Shown one piece after another: positions 1 through 11,149 of a stretch of 64,000 bases of DNA. The stretch's first letter is position 1. The number at the start of each line of letters is the position of its first letter. Under the pieces are notes generated by a model. It was not told the origin of the DNA, did not search any database, and saw only the letters and a program-made list of their open reading frames with translations. Source of the stretch: Verrucomicrobiota bacterium (GTDB lineage: Bacteria > Verrucomicrobiota > Verrucomicrobiia > Limisphaerales > AAA164-E04); the NCBI GenBank assembly GCA_047947115.1, contig CP170459.1:3840001-3904000 (forward strand), in the 5' to 3' direction. Both the position numbers and the translations under genes were made by a program.

Positions 1-12
1 GAAGCGCCCATC

Positions 13-732
13 TTGGTCATGCATGACGGTCCAAGTCGACTGGATCTAGTGCGTCATGCGTTGGACAACCTGACAATCTCTGAGGATCCGAATCGCAGGC
101 TGCCGCCATTCATTGTGATCTCCGTTCAGAACGGTGGAAACGATGGAAAGAACAGTCAGCGTGGTTTGGAATATGACACCATGTCCGATCGATTGGCCTT
201 GTTCATCAATGATGAAGTATTGCCGGCCGTATTGAGTCATCCTGATATTCGAGCCGCCTACCCAAACATCGCTTTCACAGATAATCCCTGGGGCAAAGGC
301 GTCATGGGGTGCAGTTCGGGTGGCGCGGCTGCATTAACCATGGGCTGGTTTCGGCCAGATCTGTTTCGCCGTTTGATCACCTATTCCGGAACCTTCGTGG
401 ACCAACAGGATGATGACGCTCCTGAGGAAGCGGATTATCCTCTGGGCGCCTGGGAGTATCATTCCAACATGAAATTGATCGAGAACACAGAAAACAAACC
501 GCTGCGAATCTTTACCCACGTGTCCGAGCAGGACAATCGTTACAAGGATCCCGAAGAGACCTATCACAACTGGGTGATGGCCAACGAACGCACCGCCGCC
601 GCATTGAAGGCCAAGGGATACCATTACCGATATGTGTTCAGCAAAGAATCCCGGCACTGTGACAAGCGTGTCTTTGAGCACACCCTGGCCGATACCCTGG
701 TATGGATGTGGCGAGGTTACCGAGGAGAGTAG
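13..732 (+). CDS. Putative esterase (enterochelin esterase-like alpha/beta hydrolase), 5'-truncated by window edge
   Basis: GCSSGG nucleophile elbow; RGLEYDTMSD segment typical of this family. Confidence 0.75.
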   Translation: MVMHDGPSRLDLVRHALDNLTISEDPNRRLPPFIVISVQNGGNDGKNSQRGLEYDTMSDRLALFINDEVLPAVLSHPDIRAAYPNIAFTDNPWGKGVMGCSSGGAAALTMGWFRPDLFRRLITYSGTFVDQQDDDAPEEADYPLGAWEYHSNMKLIENTENKPLRIFTHVSEQDNRYKDPEETYHNWVMANERTAAALKAKGYHYRYVFSKESRHCDKRVFEHTLADTLVWMWRGYRGE

Positions 733-738
733 TTAATT

Positions 739-2046
739 TTATGGGCGATTGCGGTATTTGTTGTAGAGGCGGGTGTGTCGGCTTTCGAGTGAGACACGCT
801 CGCCTTGAATCCACATTTCGGTCACTTGAGAACGAATGTCCAGCAGCTCGCCCGTGAGTGCGATCAGTGACGCTTCCTTGCCTGATTCGATTGATCCCAG
901 ACGATCGCCCATTCCCAGTATCTGGGCAGGATATAGCGTGATTCCCTTCAATGCCTCTTCTTTGCGCATCCCAAAAGCCACGGCTTGCGCGGCAGAATGA
1001 GGAAGATTCCGTATCGACGAAGCGGCAAACCGGCTGATCCCTTCACTGAAGATCACTTTGACACCGGCCTCAGCCAAAATGGAGGGTGCTGAATAATGAG
1101 CGTCATAACTGTCTTCACCACGACTTGGGAGAGTAAAGGTTTTGTCGTAAATGACCGGGATTCTGTGTTCTGACAACATGTCGGCCAACCGCCAGGCGTC
1201 TCTGCCGCCTACCAGAACCATCTTGTAATCGTTCTCATCAGCCCATTGAACTGCTGATGCGATCTGGCGCTTTTCATCCGCGTGAATGAACAGGGGAGTT
1301 TTGCCTTTGGCCCAGGAGGTCGTGGAAGCCCAGTTGGGGATTTTGTGAGCCTCTTCGTTTTGCTCACGATGGGATACGTAAGCCTTGGCGGATTCGAAGA
1401 ATTCTGCGATTTCGCGCACACGCTGCTTTCTCTGCTTGGCTTGGTCTTTGGGGGATTTCCAATTGGAAGGATTGTTGGATAATTCTTTGGGGCGATCGTT
1501 CAGGGACATGGATGGCCACCAGACATGCAGACCCACTGTCGGTTTCACCATCAGGTCTTCAACGGTCCAGCCACTCAGCTGGATGACGCCGGATTGACCG
1601 CTGACGGTTCCTCCCAGGGGGATGGGTTGGGCGTGAGTGATGCCGTTGGCGCGTGCGACGGGGATCAGTTCCGATTCGGGATTAACCGCGCGCCAGGACA
1701 GGATTTCCGGTGTCCATTGGCCGACTTCGTCCGTGTCGAGCGTGGCTCGAACGGCATTGATTTCAAGAAGCCCCAGTGTCGTGGTGGTCGCAACCATGCC
1801 GGGGTAAAGATGCTTGCCGGCCAGGTTGACGATGCGATCGGCCACGGTGTCGATGGACTCCGCGACAAGGGCAATTTTCCCGTCACGAATGAGCACGTCT
1901 CCCTGATCCAGATTGCCGCGGGTGATGGTGTGGATCGTGGCTCCTTTGAGTAGGATTGTTTCGGATCTTGCCTGCAGGCCAAAGAGGCAAAGCAAAAGGG
2001 CGGCGAGGTATATGTGTCCGGTCCGTTGTTTCAACGTTTTCTTCAT
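739..2046 (-). CDS. Secreted amidohydrolase-family protein lacking the HxH metal motif
   Basis: Signal peptide; GDVLIRDGKI N-terminal strand, YPGMV, GSIESGKEASL C-terminal motif; start placed at MKKTLK. Confidence 0.8.
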   Translation of the reverse strand: MKKTLKQRTGHIYLAALLLCLFGLQARSETILLKGATIHTITRGNLDQGDVLIRDGKIALVAESIDTVADRIVNLAGKHLYPGMVATTTTLGLLEINAVRATLDTDEVGQWTPEILSWRAVNPESELIPVARANGITHAQPIPLGGTVSGQSGVIQLSGWTVEDLMVKPTVGLHVWWPSMSLNDRPKELSNNPSNWKSPKDQAKQRKQRVREIAEFFESAKAYVSHREQNEEAHKIPNWASTTSWAKGKTPLFIHADEKRQIASAVQWADENDYKMVLVGGRDAWRLADMLSEHRIPVIYDKTFTLPSRGEDSYDAHYSAPSILAEAGVKVIFSEGISRFAASSIRNLPHSAAQAVAFGMRKEEALKGITLYPAQILGMGDRLGSIESGKEASLIALTGELLDIRSQVTEMWIQGERVSLESRHTRLYNKYRNRP

Positions 2047-2108
2047 GATGTGAAAGGTGTCAAAAGGTTTAAAAGTCATGTGGGGTGTTGATGGATTCAA
2101 TGGCCGGT

Positions 2109-4988
2109 TCAGTCGTCGCAGTGTATGATGCGGCCTTCATCCTGTTTCTCGAGAGCGCGTTGGAAGAACAATTGCCATGTGTGCCATTCTTCCTCGTTCT
2201 CGGAGGATGGATCGCTTGAAGAGGGTTTGAAGTTGACTGCCTTTTTGGCTTTTTCCAGAAGTCGTGCTTTTTCTCTGGTGCGTTGAGTGGTTCGGTCCGA
2301 ATCCGAAAAGCGGTCGAAATACTTCACCCCTTCAATCCAGGTTTCCAGGCAAGTGGTTCCTGAATCCAGTGGTGGTTTGGACCAGATAACAAAGTCTGCG
2401 TGCTTGCCTTTTTCAAGCGAGCCTACGAGGTGGTCGATCTTCAATTGTTGGGCAGGGTAGAGGGTGACAAAATTCAGTGCTTCCTCTGGTGGTGTGTTCC
2501 CATATTTGACCGCTTTGGCAGCTTCCAGATACATGCGGCGGGCCAGGTCGCTGTCATCCGAGTTGAAGGACACCAATGCACCCCGCTCATGCATCAGGCT
2601 GCCGGCATAGGGAATGGCGTCGATGACTTCGAACTTATAGGCCCACCAATCGGTAAAGCACGATGCACCGGCGCCATGAGCGGCGATCTCATCTGCTACT
2701 TTGTAGCCTTCCAACACATGTTGAAGCGTGCCGACTCGAACACCGAATGATTCCATGACACGCAGAAACATCAGGATTTCATCCTGGCGGTAGGAGTGAC
2801 AATGAATCCAGCGGCGACCTTCCAGGATCTCAACCAGAGCTTCCATTTCAAGATCGCGGTCCGGACGTTCTCCTTCTCCGTCGTGAAAAACCTTCCACGC
2901 AGCCTGGTATTGTTGGGCGGCCGTGAAGCGGTTTTCGTAAAACACGGGTACCCCCATGCGGGATTGAGGAAAGCGCGTGGTGCGATCATTGCCCCAGTTG
3001 GATTGTTTAACGTTTTCACCCAGGGCAAACTTGATGCCTCCCGGCGCTTCCTTGAAAATCAATTCGTCCGGACCTTTGCCCCAACGCAATTTGATGACGG
3101 CATTTTGTCCTCCGATCGGATTGGCCGATCCGTGGAGCAGATTTGCAATCGTCAATCCGCCTGCGAGCTGATAGTAGATGTTTTCCGTTTCGGAATTCAC
3201 GACATCCGCAATACGCACCATGGCAGTGGAGGGATAGGTCCCTTCGTTGACACCTCCCATGATCATGCTGTGGGAATGGGCGTCGATCAAGCCGGGGGTC
3301 ACGTATTTGCCGGTGGCGTCGATAACCAGGCACGTGCCAAGGTCACCGGAAGGGAGGCTCAGGTTTTTTCCAACTTCCAGGATGTGTCCGTGCTGGATCA
3401 GCATGTCGCCTTGCTCGATGATTCCCAATGCCGAACTCGTCCACAGTGTGGCGTTTTTGATTAGAAGGGTGTCTGGTCCTTCTTGTGTTGGAAACTCTTC
3501 TAGAGGAGAACGGGCAATGCGGGAGTGTTTTTCTTCTCCTTTGGTGTCCTTTTCCTTGTATTCTTTTTTTGCGTCCGGATCAAATGCTTCGTTGGCGTAC
3601 CTGACCCCTTTCACCCAGGTGGATTCGATGGGGTGATCCGGATTGAAATAACTGTCTCCATGAACAATGGTGAAGTTGGCTAGCTTGCCTTGTGCCAATG
3701 TGCCCATGGATTCGGATAATCCAAACAGTTCGGCGGGAATAGTGGTCAGTGCCGCCAGTGCCGTTGTCTCAGGCAATCCTCGCTCGACAGCTTGCTTGAG
3801 CTTTTTGCGAAATTGTTTGCGATCGTTGAGGGTGTAAAGGGTGAGTGCGATGCGGTGTCCCTGGGAAGCCAGGACGCTTGGTACTTCCGGCGCCCAGTCC
3901 CAATGCCGCAACAGGTCCAGATCAACCGCTTCCCAATCCTCCTCTTCAGGAAGGGAAGGGATCTCAGGAAAATTGATGGGCACAATGAAAGGAGCATCGA
4001 TCGAAGCAAGCAGATCCGGGCGGCGCCATTCTTGTCCCTGCGCAATCAGGTTGAATCGCAGCCCAAATTCATCCGCAAGCTTTGCCGCACGTGATGACAT
4101 GAGAACGCTTCCTGGTTCAATGATGACGGATTGACTTCCGTTGAGAGGGGCCTTCAGTGCTTCCAGTGAGGGATTGTAGTTTTTTTGACTGTCGTTTCCG
4201 GATCGTACAGCATAATCCTGTGTGTCGATGAATGTCTGCCGGATGGCGCTGATCACGCCCATTAATGATTTAGGGTATTCGTCGCTTTTGCTGGCGCGGC
4301 TGTTGAAACCAAGATGTTGGAAGGTTTCAGCCTTTTGAATCAGCTCGTTCGGAGAGGCTTCGCCGGTCAGTGAAACAGCGCCTGTACCGCGAATGATGCC
4401 TTTGGATGGACTGAGGTGCACGGCGGTGAACCCGAGGTTTCGCAGTTCTTTACGTTGCCCGGGTTCAAAATGCCAGTCGTCCAGAACGGAATATTCCGGT
4501 GTGATTGTGGAGAGTGATGACCCGGGGCCTTCGCTGCCCGGATCCGGTTCGTCTCCCGTCATGCCATAGAAATTCCAATCCCCGGCTGCGCGGTGATCCT
4601 GCAGGTTTTGATGGTCGTGATGGTTTGATTCTGTTGCCCCTGTTGTGCGGACCTGTGTTCCATCCGGGGACACCACATAATAAGGATCGATCAATCCCGG
4701 ATAAACAGTGTATCCCCTCATGTTCCATACACGGCTTCCCGCGGGTGTCGGGCCACCTTTCGAAACGGAGACGATGTGCCCCTCGGCAATCACCAAAGTT
4801 GCATTGGTCAAGGTCAGACCGGGTGACACAACCACAGTGGCTTCGGTAAAGGTGTGGTAATCCAAAGGTTGTGGATCGTGACCGGGTGGTTGGAGGTCTG
4901 GACGATAAACGGCCGCCTGGCCGCATGTCAGGGTGGCAACGATGCTGCAGACCGAAACCCAGACGTAAAAAGTGGATGTTTTCTTCAT
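2109..4988 (-). CDS. Tandem-domain amidohydrolase
   Basis: Two amidohydrolase domains (PGLIDPY...GTLAQGKLANF; PGLIDAHSH...GSLEKGKHADF); only the second has HxH. Confidence 0.85.
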   Translation of the reverse strand: MKKTSTFYVWVSVCSIVATLTCGQAAVYRPDLQPPGHDPQPLDYHTFTEATVVVSPGLTLTNATLVIAEGHIVSVSKGGPTPAGSRVWNMRGYTVYPGLIDPYYVVSPDGTQVRTTGATESNHHDHQNLQDHRAAGDWNFYGMTGDEPDPGSEGPGSSLSTITPEYSVLDDWHFEPGQRKELRNLGFTAVHLSPSKGIIRGTGAVSLTGEASPNELIQKAETFQHLGFNSRASKSDEYPKSLMGVISAIRQTFIDTQDYAVRSGNDSQKNYNPSLEALKAPLNGSQSVIIEPGSVLMSSRAAKLADEFGLRFNLIAQGQEWRRPDLLASIDAPFIVPINFPEIPSLPEEEDWEAVDLDLLRHWDWAPEVPSVLASQGHRIALTLYTLNDRKQFRKKLKQAVERGLPETTALAALTTIPAELFGLSESMGTLAQGKLANFTIVHGDSYFNPDHPIESTWVKGVRYANEAFDPDAKKEYKEKDTKGEEKHSRIARSPLEEFPTQEGPDTLLIKNATLWTSSALGIIEQGDMLIQHGHILEVGKNLSLPSGDLGTCLVIDATGKYVTPGLIDAHSHSMIMGGVNEGTYPSTAMVRIADVVNSETENIYYQLAGGLTIANLLHGSANPIGGQNAVIKLRWGKGPDELIFKEAPGGIKFALGENVKQSNWGNDRTTRFPQSRMGVPVFYENRFTAAQQYQAAWKVFHDGEGERPDRDLEMEALVEILEGRRWIHCHSYRQDEILMFLRVMESFGVRVGTLQHVLEGYKVADEIAAHGAGASCFTDWWAYKFEVIDAIPYAGSLMHERGALVSFNSDDSDLARRMYLEAAKAVKYGNTPPEEALNFVTLYPAQQLKIDHLVGSLEKGKHADFVIWSKPPLDSGTTCLETWIEGVKYFDRFSDSDRTTQRTREKARLLEKAKKAVNFKPSSSDPSSENEEEWHTWQLFFQRALEKQDEGRIIHCDD

Positions 4989-5131
4989 AAAACAAACATT
5001 TGGTTTGATTTGGACGGGAAGAGCATGACCTGAAGAGGGTGGCATTGACAACCCTTTTGAGCCCTTTCAGGCAATAAACCGGGAACGAGTTTCCTTGGCT
5101 TTTTCTTAATCCTCCATACACTTGCGCTCGC

Positions 5132-7135
5132 ATGAGGTCGGTAATTTTCATTTTAAGCTTGCTGCTCCTTCCTATGGTTGGGATCGGGTCTGTGTTTTCA
5201 CTCCATGGACAAAGCGCGGGATTGGTTTTCCCTCATCCTCAATCTCCGGACACCGAGCGTTTCCATTCCAGTCGCAACGGACGTGAACTCCCGCTTCCCG
5301 CGCAGAACCCTGCTTTCACCTTTGCCGTTCTCGGAGACCGAACCGGTGGCCCTGCTGAAGGTGTTAAGGTGTTGGCTCAGGCGGTGGATGAGATCAATTT
5401 GCTGGAACCGGATTTGGTGATGACCGTGGGAGATTTGGTGCAGGGATCCGGGAAACAGGTGGAATGGCTCATTCAGATGCGGGAGTATCGCGGGATCATG
5501 GATGGTCTGTTGATGCCCTGGTTTCCGGTGGCCGGGAATCATGACGTCTATTGGATGGCAAAAGAAAAACCTCCAGGCGAACACGAATCCAACTACGAAC
5601 AACATTTCGCGCCGCTCTGGTATGCCTTTGAACATAAGAACAGCTGGTTCATCGTGCTCTACTCCGACGAAGGCAATCCTGAAACTGGGGAGAAAGCCAC
5701 CGGTAAACCAGCGTCCCAGAAAATGAGTCATCGACAGTTTGCGTGGCTGAAAGACACTCTGGCGAAGGCAGAAAGTGCGGATCATGTTTTTGTATTCATT
5801 CACCACCCGCGCTGGCTGGGAGGAAACTACGGTGATGATTGGGAAAAGGTCCATGACGAATTTGTTAAAGCGGGCAACGTCAAAGCCGTGTTCGGAGGTC
5901 ATATACACCGGATGCGCTATGACGGTCCCTTCGATGGTATCGAATACGTCACCCTGGCCACCACCGGAGGCAACCAAAGCGGCATCTCTCCGGCAGCCGG
6001 CAACCTGCATCAATTTCACATGGTCACCGTACGGGACCAGCAAATTGCCATTGCATCTTTGCCGGTAGGCGAGACGATGAATGTCCGTAAAGTGACCGGG
6101 CAAGTCAGTGATGGCACACGCAAGCTCAATGCCGTGGCACCCAGATTCAATCGACGATTCCAGGTAGATTCAGAGGGTGGGGCGGATGACCTGGTTCGCT
6201 TGCGCCTCGACAATCCTGCCGCTCAGTCCATGCAGGTGAACCTGGAACTTAACAGCGCCGATTCCAGATGGATTTTCTCTCCCGACAAAGTGGATGCAGT
6301 CGTGAAACCCGGCGAATCCCTCGACTTTATGTTCCGGGTGTTTCGTTGGAAAAATTCACTCGACCTCTCCTGGCGCTCCCCTGATTGCAAACTGCAACTC
6401 GCCTTGGTGGATCCTCAAAACGGCACCTTCCCTCTCAAAGACAAGCGCTATTTCATTCCATACTCCATCGATCTGCCGACACCCGTTCTGCCGCGAGTAG
6501 AATCGGTTTTGGAACTGGACGGGATGGATGCCCATTTGAAAGTTTCGGCTGATCAATTGAATCTTGGTAATGGATCACTGACCGTTGAATGCTGGTTGAA
6601 CGCGCCCTTTTTGCGGGAGGACCTCACATTGATCTCGAACATGGAGGGGAATACCGGATTTAAACTGGGGCTTCAGAACAGCCGTCCAATGTTTCAGGTC
6701 CGTTTGGCTGACGGTTCTCTGGTTTCGCTGCAAGCACCCGAATCATCCTTCATTCACACCCGTCAGTGGCATCATTTGGCTGGCGTGTTCGGTTCCGGCA
6801 CGATGTCCATTTATCTGGACGGCATCCAGGTGGTTCAGGAATCGGTTCAACAAGAACGTGCGGCCAGTAACTCGAATTTGCTGATTGGCAGGGACACCCT
6901 CCTGCCATCGAAAGAACGCGGTTATTTTGCTGGCAGGCTGGACAGTATTCGTATCTCAAACACCGCACGCTATGATCGGCAAATCTTCCGTTCTTCCCGT
7001 CGATTCCTGCCCGATCGCGAAACCAAGCTGTTGTTGAACATGGATGACATACGAGTCCTCTGGCTATATGACGAATCCTCCAACAAAGCCCACCCTGAAG
7101 TCTTAGGCGGAGCCACCATTCAGGCTGAACAATAA
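5132..7135 (+). CDS. Calcineurin-like metallophosphoesterase with C-terminal LamG-like domain
   Basis: GD, GDLV, GNHD, HHP and GHIH motifs; WHHLAGVF...IYLDG...GRLDSIRIS LamG pattern. Confidence 0.85.
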   Translation: MRSVIFILSLLLLPMVGIGSVFSLHGQSAGLVFPHPQSPDTERFHSSRNGRELPLPAQNPAFTFAVLGDRTGGPAEGVKVLAQAVDEINLLEPDLVMTVGDLVQGSGKQVEWLIQMREYRGIMDGLLMPWFPVAGNHDVYWMAKEKPPGEHESNYEQHFAPLWYAFEHKNSWFIVLYSDEGNPETGEKATGKPASQKMSHRQFAWLKDTLAKAESADHVFVFIHHPRWLGGNYGDDWEKVHDEFVKAGNVKAVFGGHIHRMRYDGPFDGIEYVTLATTGGNQSGISPAAGNLHQFHMVTVRDQQIAIASLPVGETMNVRKVTGQVSDGTRKLNAVAPRFNRRFQVDSEGGADDLVRLRLDNPAAQSMQVNLELNSADSRWIFSPDKVDAVVKPGESLDFMFRVFRWKNSLDLSWRSPDCKLQLALVDPQNGTFPLKDKRYFIPYSIDLPTPVLPRVESVLELDGMDAHLKVSADQLNLGNGSLTVECWLNAPFLREDLTLISNMEGNTGFKLGLQNSRPMFQVRLADGSLVSLQAPESSFIHTRQWHHLAGVFGSGTMSIYLDGIQVVQESVQQERAASNSNLLIGRDTLLPSKERGYFAGRLDSIRISNTARYDRQIFRSSRRFLPDRETKLLLNMDDIRVLWLYDESSNKAHPEVLGGATIQAEQ

Positions 7136-7137
7136 AA

Positions 7138-7167
7138 AATCCCCTGAACACAAGTGAACAGGGGATT
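7138..7167. terminator. Hairpin between convergent genes, probable intrinsic terminator
   Basis: AATCCCCTG...CAGGGGATT stem preceded by an A-run. Confidence 0.6.
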
Positions 7168-7196
7168 AGTAGGACTGATATAATGATTGAAATCGA

Positions 7197-8042
7197 TCAA
7201 CGTGTCTTTCCTGGCTTCAGAGCCGAGGTGCGTTCCGACATCCAGAGCACATCAGGATTGTCGGGAGAAGCAACATTCAGGGGAATCTGAGTGCCGTACT
7301 GAGGGGCTTGAACCGTTCGGTTATCGACCCATTTTTTGATCTCAGAGTGACCATCCGCGAACGAGAAACCGCAGGCCCCATTGTGGTAACTGGCTGGGAA
7401 ATCGATGATACGCGCTTGACCCATCGTATGCGGATGCTGAATCTGTACGGCGAAAGCGGCATCGTTAATACTTCCGGGATGTTCATCAATCAGAATCCAC
7501 GTATTCGATGGACCCGGATCGATCATATCTGATTCCTTCCCAAAAGTTCGATAAAGGCTGCCAGGCAACCATGAACCATTATCGAACGCCTGGCTCATGG
7601 AATTACTGCGCACCCTAGGCCGAACCTCACCGGCGACCTTGACGGTTGCCTTGTCTGCGGGGCATTTGAAAATTTCGCGGCTTCCACCCGTATAATCCCA
7701 GAGAGGGCTTTTTTCGATATGCATGGTGGGGTCCCAATTGGCGCGATTGCCGCCGTCGTAGTTGAGACTGCCATCGATCCATTCCGGTCTGCCATTGACC
7801 GTGTTCAGGGACGATACCAACCAACCGCTGTTGTCATCGGTATAATAACGCCAGGCCAGCATGAGCTGTCTGAGATTATTCATGCAACTGATGCCCTGCG
7901 CCTTGGTTTTTGCCTTGCTCAGAGCAGGCAACAACATGCCGGCCAAGATAGCGATGATCGCGATGACCACCAGCAATTCGATCAGGGTAAACCCGCCCTT
8001 GGCAGAAGAAGACCTTCGCCGAACGTTCATGTATTTCATCAT
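7197..8042 (-). CDS. Prepilin-type N-terminal cleavage/methylation protein (DUF1559-like, H-X9-DG motif)
   Basis: [42 protein letters not shown]. Confidence 0.9.
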   Translation of the reverse strand: MMKYMNVRRRSSSAKGGFTLIELLVVIAIIAILAGMLLPALSKAKTKAQGISCMNNLRQLMLAWRYYTDDNSGWLVSSLNTVNGRPEWIDGSLNYDGGNRANWDPTMHIEKSPLWDYTGGSREIFKCPADKATVKVAGEVRPRVRSNSMSQAFDNGSWLPGSLYRTFGKESDMIDPGPSNTWILIDEHPGSINDAAFAVQIQHPHTMGQARIIDFPASYHNGACGFSFADGHSEIKKWVDNRTVQAPQYGTQIPLNVASPDNPDVLWMSERTSALKPGKTR

Positions 8043-8253
8043 AAGCTTCCTTAACTCTGGAGTATGTTTAATGGGATCAAACAGACCATAAGAAGCCTGC
8101 TGGAGCGTGTCAACGAATTCCGACGGGAGTATGAACACAAGGAGTCCAGTAACGGCCTCAATTTCGCTTACCCCACTACGCACAAAAACTTCACCAGAAT
8201 TTTCTTGCTTAAGCCTTCAAAACCGAGTTCATTAACGCCTCGACCTGCTGGGC

Positions 8254-8346
8254 GGAGAGATGGCTGAGTGGTCGAAAGCAACGGTTTGCTAAACCGTCGT
8301 CGTGGGATAACTGCGACCGCGGGTTCGAATCCCGCTCTCTCCGCCA
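8254..8346 (+). tRNA. tRNA-Ser(GCT)
   Basis: GGAGAGA/TCTCTCC acceptor stem, anticodon arm ACGGT-TTGCTAA-ACCGT, long variable arm, GGTTCGAATCC T-arm, encoded CCA. Confidence 0.97.
8281..8346 (+). repeat. attL core (3' 66 bp of tRNA-Ser)
   Basis: Identical to 54038-54103. Confidence 0.95.
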
Positions 8347-8472
8347 TTACTTCCTCCAGTATTGTGTCTTATGTTGTTTTTCTTGGTCCTAAATTGGGGT
8401 TTGGTGCTATTCTGTTGGCCAGTTAATTGACTAAATATTGACTCATTTTCCCCGAAAGACTACTGTTTACCT

Positions 8473-9618
8473 ATGGGTTCTACAAAAGTATCTGTTAGGA
8501 AGTATAACCATTCTAGAACAGGTAAGTGGGTAGTAGGATACCGCGACACTGCCGGCAGTAGGCGAAGAGAGTTCTTTGCCACAAGATCTGAGGCCAATTC
8601 CAGAGCTGACCAGCTTAAGGTTGATTTAAAAAACCTTGGCAATCGATCACTGGGACTGACTGATCAAATCCGCATTGAAGCTCTTGAATGCTCCGAGAAA
8701 CTTGCGTCTTTCGGGAAGACATTGTCCCAGGCCACTGAGCACTACATTTCTTATCTCCGGACCACTGAGCGCTCCACCATTATCCGAGACCTGGTTTGTC
8801 GTTATTTGGACTCCAAGAAATCCAAAGGCCGATCTGACCGACACATTAAAGATCTACGTTCCAGATTGTCCCGCTTTTCTGATTCGTTCGGTGATAAGTT
8901 CGTATCCACTTTGACTACCGAGCAACTGGATCAGTGGCTTTTGGGGCTAAATCTGAGTCCACAGTCAGTGAACAACTACCGGACAGTTTTAAACGGGCTT
9001 TTTAATCATGCACTGAAACTTGGTTATACTCAAACCAACCCAGTTGACGGAATTGATCGACATTCAGTCAAAGTGGCACCTCCTAACATTTTGACTCCTG
9101 ACCAGTTGAAACGACTTCTGGCTGCTTCAAATCCCCTTCTTGTGCCTTATATCGCGATTGGTGCATTTGCTGGTCTGCGTTCCGCGGAACTGGCCAGGCT
9201 TGATTGGCGCGATGTCCGATTGGATCGTGGGCTGCTTGAGGTCACTGCAGCCAACTCCAAGACAGCCTCCCGGCGGTTGGTTGAATTATCTGACAATTTA
9301 AAAGCCTGGCTTGAGGCATGCGTTCGCCTCAATGGCCCTGTTATGCCTTCGGGATTCCGTAAGTTGGTCACTAGTGCTTGGGAGGTGGTTTTCCCAAGCA
9401 GGAAGAGGGACAACGATCTTCGGAACAGTTTCGCCAGCTACCATTTGGCGCTGCACCAGAATGCTGCCTATACGGCTGACCAACTAGGGCATCGAACAAC
9501 TGCTGTTTTATATCAACATTACCGGGAACTGGTCTCTAAAGAAGAAGCCGAGCAATACTTCGCTATAAATCCAGAACGATCAGGCAACCTGATTATCATG
9601 TCAGCAGCCAGTGCTTAA
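8473..9618 (+). CDS. int: Tyrosine recombinase/integrase
   Basis: AFAGLRSAELARL (catalytic R), SKT (K), NDLRNSFASY, LGH...HY; N-terminal arm-binding-like region; directly after the tRNA. Confidence 0.93.
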   Translation: MGSTKVSVRKYNHSRTGKWVVGYRDTAGSRRREFFATRSEANSRADQLKVDLKNLGNRSLGLTDQIRIEALECSEKLASFGKTLSQATEHYISYLRTTERSTIIRDLVCRYLDSKKSKGRSDRHIKDLRSRLSRFSDSFGDKFVSTLTTEQLDQWLLGLNLSPQSVNNYRTVLNGLFNHALKLGYTQTNPVDGIDRHSVKVAPPNILTPDQLKRLLAASNPLLVPYIAIGAFAGLRSAELARLDWRDVRLDRGLLEVTAANSKTASRRLVELSDNLKAWLEACVRLNGPVMPSGFRKLVTSAWEVVFPSRKRDNDLRNSFASYHLALHQNAAYTADQLGHRTTAVLYQHYRELVSKEEAEQYFAINPERSGNLIIMSAASA

Positions 9619-9673
9619 ACGGGTAGGCGCAGCACTGCGGTGACATATTTCTTATTCAATTTCTAATTGGAAC

Positions 9674-10489
9674 ATGAAGGACGAACTATTGGACCGAAAG
9701 GAGTGGGATTTTACCGATATCCCTACGGATGAACTAGAATCGGCGTGGCAATACGAACTGGCCAGGACTGTAAAATCATGTGTGATGGATCAGGCGGTTT
9801 GTTCTAATAATCTGGCAGGTGATCCGCCGAGGAAACTTGATTTGAATAAGGATGACGATGCTATGCTTTGGTATGAGAACACTGTAGGTTGGTATGATGA
9901 TTGGGCTAGCTCAAACGAAATATCGGCACACACCTACCTCCCTTGGACCAGCTTACCAGCAAAGTATAAAACGAAATACTTGATCGCACACAAAGGGGAA
10001 ATCCCTGCCCACCTAACACATGATCACTGTTATACGATGCCATATTCCAGAACTCTCGTCCACCTGGAATACAACCCCTCCCCAAACTCCCAGGTCCTAC
10101 AAAAAAGACACAATTACTTAAAAGCTCAGGACAGACCAGTCACATCTCTACATTTATTTGAAATCCATTTCCGACGAGGTATCGATAGCCGGAGTTCAAT
10201 GATCAGCGATTTTAAGAAGTTTTTGGAGGAGGAATTTCCTAACATGCCTGATAAAGTTGGTCGCCCTAAGTCCAAGATGCCAGAGTTAACGAACCTCGCA
10301 ATCTTTAGGCTACTCATTCACTATACCCCTGATGAGACAATCAGCAAGATTGCAGGAACCTACTCACAAAGGCGCCGTATCAGTTTGAAAGAGCTGGAAA
10401 AAGCTGAAAAAGCTGTCTGTGCTCAAATGCAGGGATTCTGTAAACCTTACCGAACAAGATTTACTCCAAAGCCCCTGGGCCCGTCTTAG
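9674..10489 (+). CDS. Hypothetical protein (island backbone)
   Basis: 271-aa ORF co-oriented between int and xis; EWDF...WQYELAR N-terminus, GRPK motif. Confidence 0.6.
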   Translation: MKDELLDRKEWDFTDIPTDELESAWQYELARTVKSCVMDQAVCSNNLAGDPPRKLDLNKDDDAMLWYENTVGWYDDWASSNEISAHTYLPWTSLPAKYKTKYLIAHKGEIPAHLTHDHCYTMPYSRTLVHLEYNPSPNSQVLQKRHNYLKAQDRPVTSLHLFEIHFRRGIDSRSSMISDFKKFLEEEFPNMPDKVGRPKSKMPELTNLAIFRLLIHYTPDETISKIAGTYSQRRRISLKELEKAEKAVCAQMQGFCKPYRTRFTPKPLGPS

Positions 10490-10700
10490 CTTAAGTCTCA
10501 AAAGCTGGGATTCCTTGGCGGCCCAAGCCCAATAATGAGTTTCGTTAATGGAACTCGTCTTTTATGATTGCATGCAAAAAGTGTAAACCATTTGTAAACA
10601 ATGGTTAAATCTATCTGTTTAAATTATCTCCCTCCATTAAGTATCGAAGTTTTTCGGAGTATTGCATCAGGGGACCATTGTCATGTTAGCTCCGGGAGAC

Positions 10701-10928
10701 ATGGCAAAAATAAAGAAGCAATCAACCCCAACTGAAGGAGCTCTCCTCACAAGAGAGCAGGTAGCTGCTAGGTTACAGATAACAACCAGGACACTCGATC
10801 TCTGGATCGACGCTCAGAAGATACCCGTCATCAGACTTACCTCTGGTTGTATACGGTTTCAATCTGAAGCCGTTGAAAATTTCATCCAGAAGCACACAAT
10901 TAATGCAAGTTGGGAGTTACCACTATGA
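10701..10928 (+). CDS. Excisionase/AlpA-like helix-turn-helix protein
   Basis: LLTREQVAARLQITTRTLDLWIDAQKIPVIRL..GCIRF; GGGAG RBS before ATG 10701. Confidence 0.85.
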   Translation: MAKIKKQSTPTEGALLTREQVAARLQITTRTLDLWIDAQKIPVIRLTSGCIRFQSEAVENFIQKHTINASWELPL

Positions 10929-11149
10929 AAAGTAACTCGATCGATAGCCGGGGTGATAGACTCCCATCCACCTCCACAACAAAAAATCTCAACCAGTAGG
11001 ATAAGCACAGACACCCCTTTTCGGGGTGTCTGGATGGATATCTGTACCTTGAGATTTTCCGTCACAATTTCACTTGCCAATGCAAGTCACCAGTAATCAC
11101 CGAGTTCAGGCATTGGACGACTCCGGCCCAAATTAGAAGGATAAATAAA

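Noticed and set aside
5198..6103. Long antisense ORFs (e.g. 301 aa here, 222 aa at 2796)
   Set aside because: They are shadows of well-supported genes on the opposite strand.
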